Assembly: GCA_013239625.1 (NCBI GenBank)
Contig: MU056000.1
Span: forward strand, 15,094,851-15,158,850
Reading direction: 5' to 3'
DNA: 64,000 bases
Source of the DNA: Lama guanicoe
Taxonomy: Eukaryota
The position numbers were made by a program, and so were the translations under genes. Within the stretch, counting starts at the first letter, position 1; each line of letters begins with the position of its first letter. The notes beneath the pieces are model-generated. The model ran no database searches, was not told where the DNA came from, and saw only the letters and a program-made list of their open reading frames with translations. Positions 63,280-64,000 of the stretch are shown here, piece by piece.

Positions 63280-63720
63280 CTTTAATGGAGGTGAACACAA
63301 ACAAAAATCTCCCAAAAGATAAGAAGCAAAAGATATTTTTCAGAACTTGATATATTGAGGGAGTCAGCTACCATCAAAAGGCAGACAGGGAACAGAAAAA
63401 AACTGTAGCAGAAAGAAGAGAAAGCTTTACATGTGGCCTGATTGGAGATTGTTAGCACAGGGACTCTGGGGGTCAGCCAGCTAGAACAGGGCATCCTATG
63501 TGATTGGCTAAGCCTCACAGTCGGCTTTCTGTGGTTGGTTCAAAGTTGAAGCTGGAGGGCAAAAATTAGGGAAGCTATCAGTTATCAACCAATTCCGTAC
63601 CATTCGGGACCAAATGCTGTAGAGGTCTGTGCTTCAGACTGGTTGCTGCAGGGGTTATAGGTCAGTGTTCTATTCTGATACATGGGATGACCATTGGCCA
63701 TCGGTATATTCCATCTCTCA
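63280..63720 (-). mobile_element. ERV1-class LTR (MER90/MER87-like group, family tentative)
   Basis: Minus strand begins tgagagatggaatataccgatggccaatggtc...aatagaacactgacctataacccctgcagcaaccag; internal CCAAT boxes. Confidence 0.7.
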
Positions 63721-64000
63721 CGGTAGAAGGGCAGACACTGCTTCAGCATTTCAGGTAATTAGGATTCAGTAAGTCACATAGTGCTTCATCTCTACTTTCT
63801 GGATGTGGCGATTGGTTCAAAGATGCATTTTTCATTCAAGCTGCATTGATCATATTATTCCAATTCCCATAGACCTATTAGACAGGTCAAGAGGCTAAAC
63901 TAGGAACCAGAGTCCTTTGATAATACATTTGAACTTGGAATGAAGGGAGAGCAAGACTCAGTTGGGAAAACGGGGGATTGTAAAACTTGGAATTGACAAC

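Noticed and set aside
1..64000. Prokaryotic systems (CRISPR array, operon, defence island), numt, rRNA/snRNA copies, or a processed pseudogene of a cellular gene
   Set aside because: No spaced direct-repeat array, no dense ORFs and no recognisable RNA-gene or mRNA-derived segment; the sequence is dominated by mammalian interspersed repeats

Overview
AT-rich mammalian non-coding DNA, intergenic or deep intronic. It is most likely from a camelid (camel, alpaca or llama), inferred from a Vic-1-type tRNA-derived SINE and two camelid-type L1 3' tails. I recognise no protein-coding gene, RNA gene, CpG island or CRISPR array; the supplied ORFs look like chance or repeat-derived frames. A large fraction of the window is decayed transposable elements: L2, MIR, old L1M, MaLR (MLT1), ERVL (MLT2, LTR16) and ERV1 LTRs, and Tigger/hAT MITEs. 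Several are nested with readable target-site duplications (TSDs). The best-supported non-obvious signals are a frameshifted retroviral integrase fossil (~62.2-62.6 kb, minus strand) and a possible hAT-Tip100-like transposase fossil (~22.3-22.66 kb). Weaker signals are a cluster of minus-strand exon-like units (54.5-55.4 kb, plus 42.5 kb and 1.0 kb) that could belong to an unannotated spliced transcript, and two candidate promoters. I found no convincing novel multi-gene system. Repeat family names come from recalled consensus sequences, not a database search, and boundaries are approximate unless a TSD or terminal motif is quoted.
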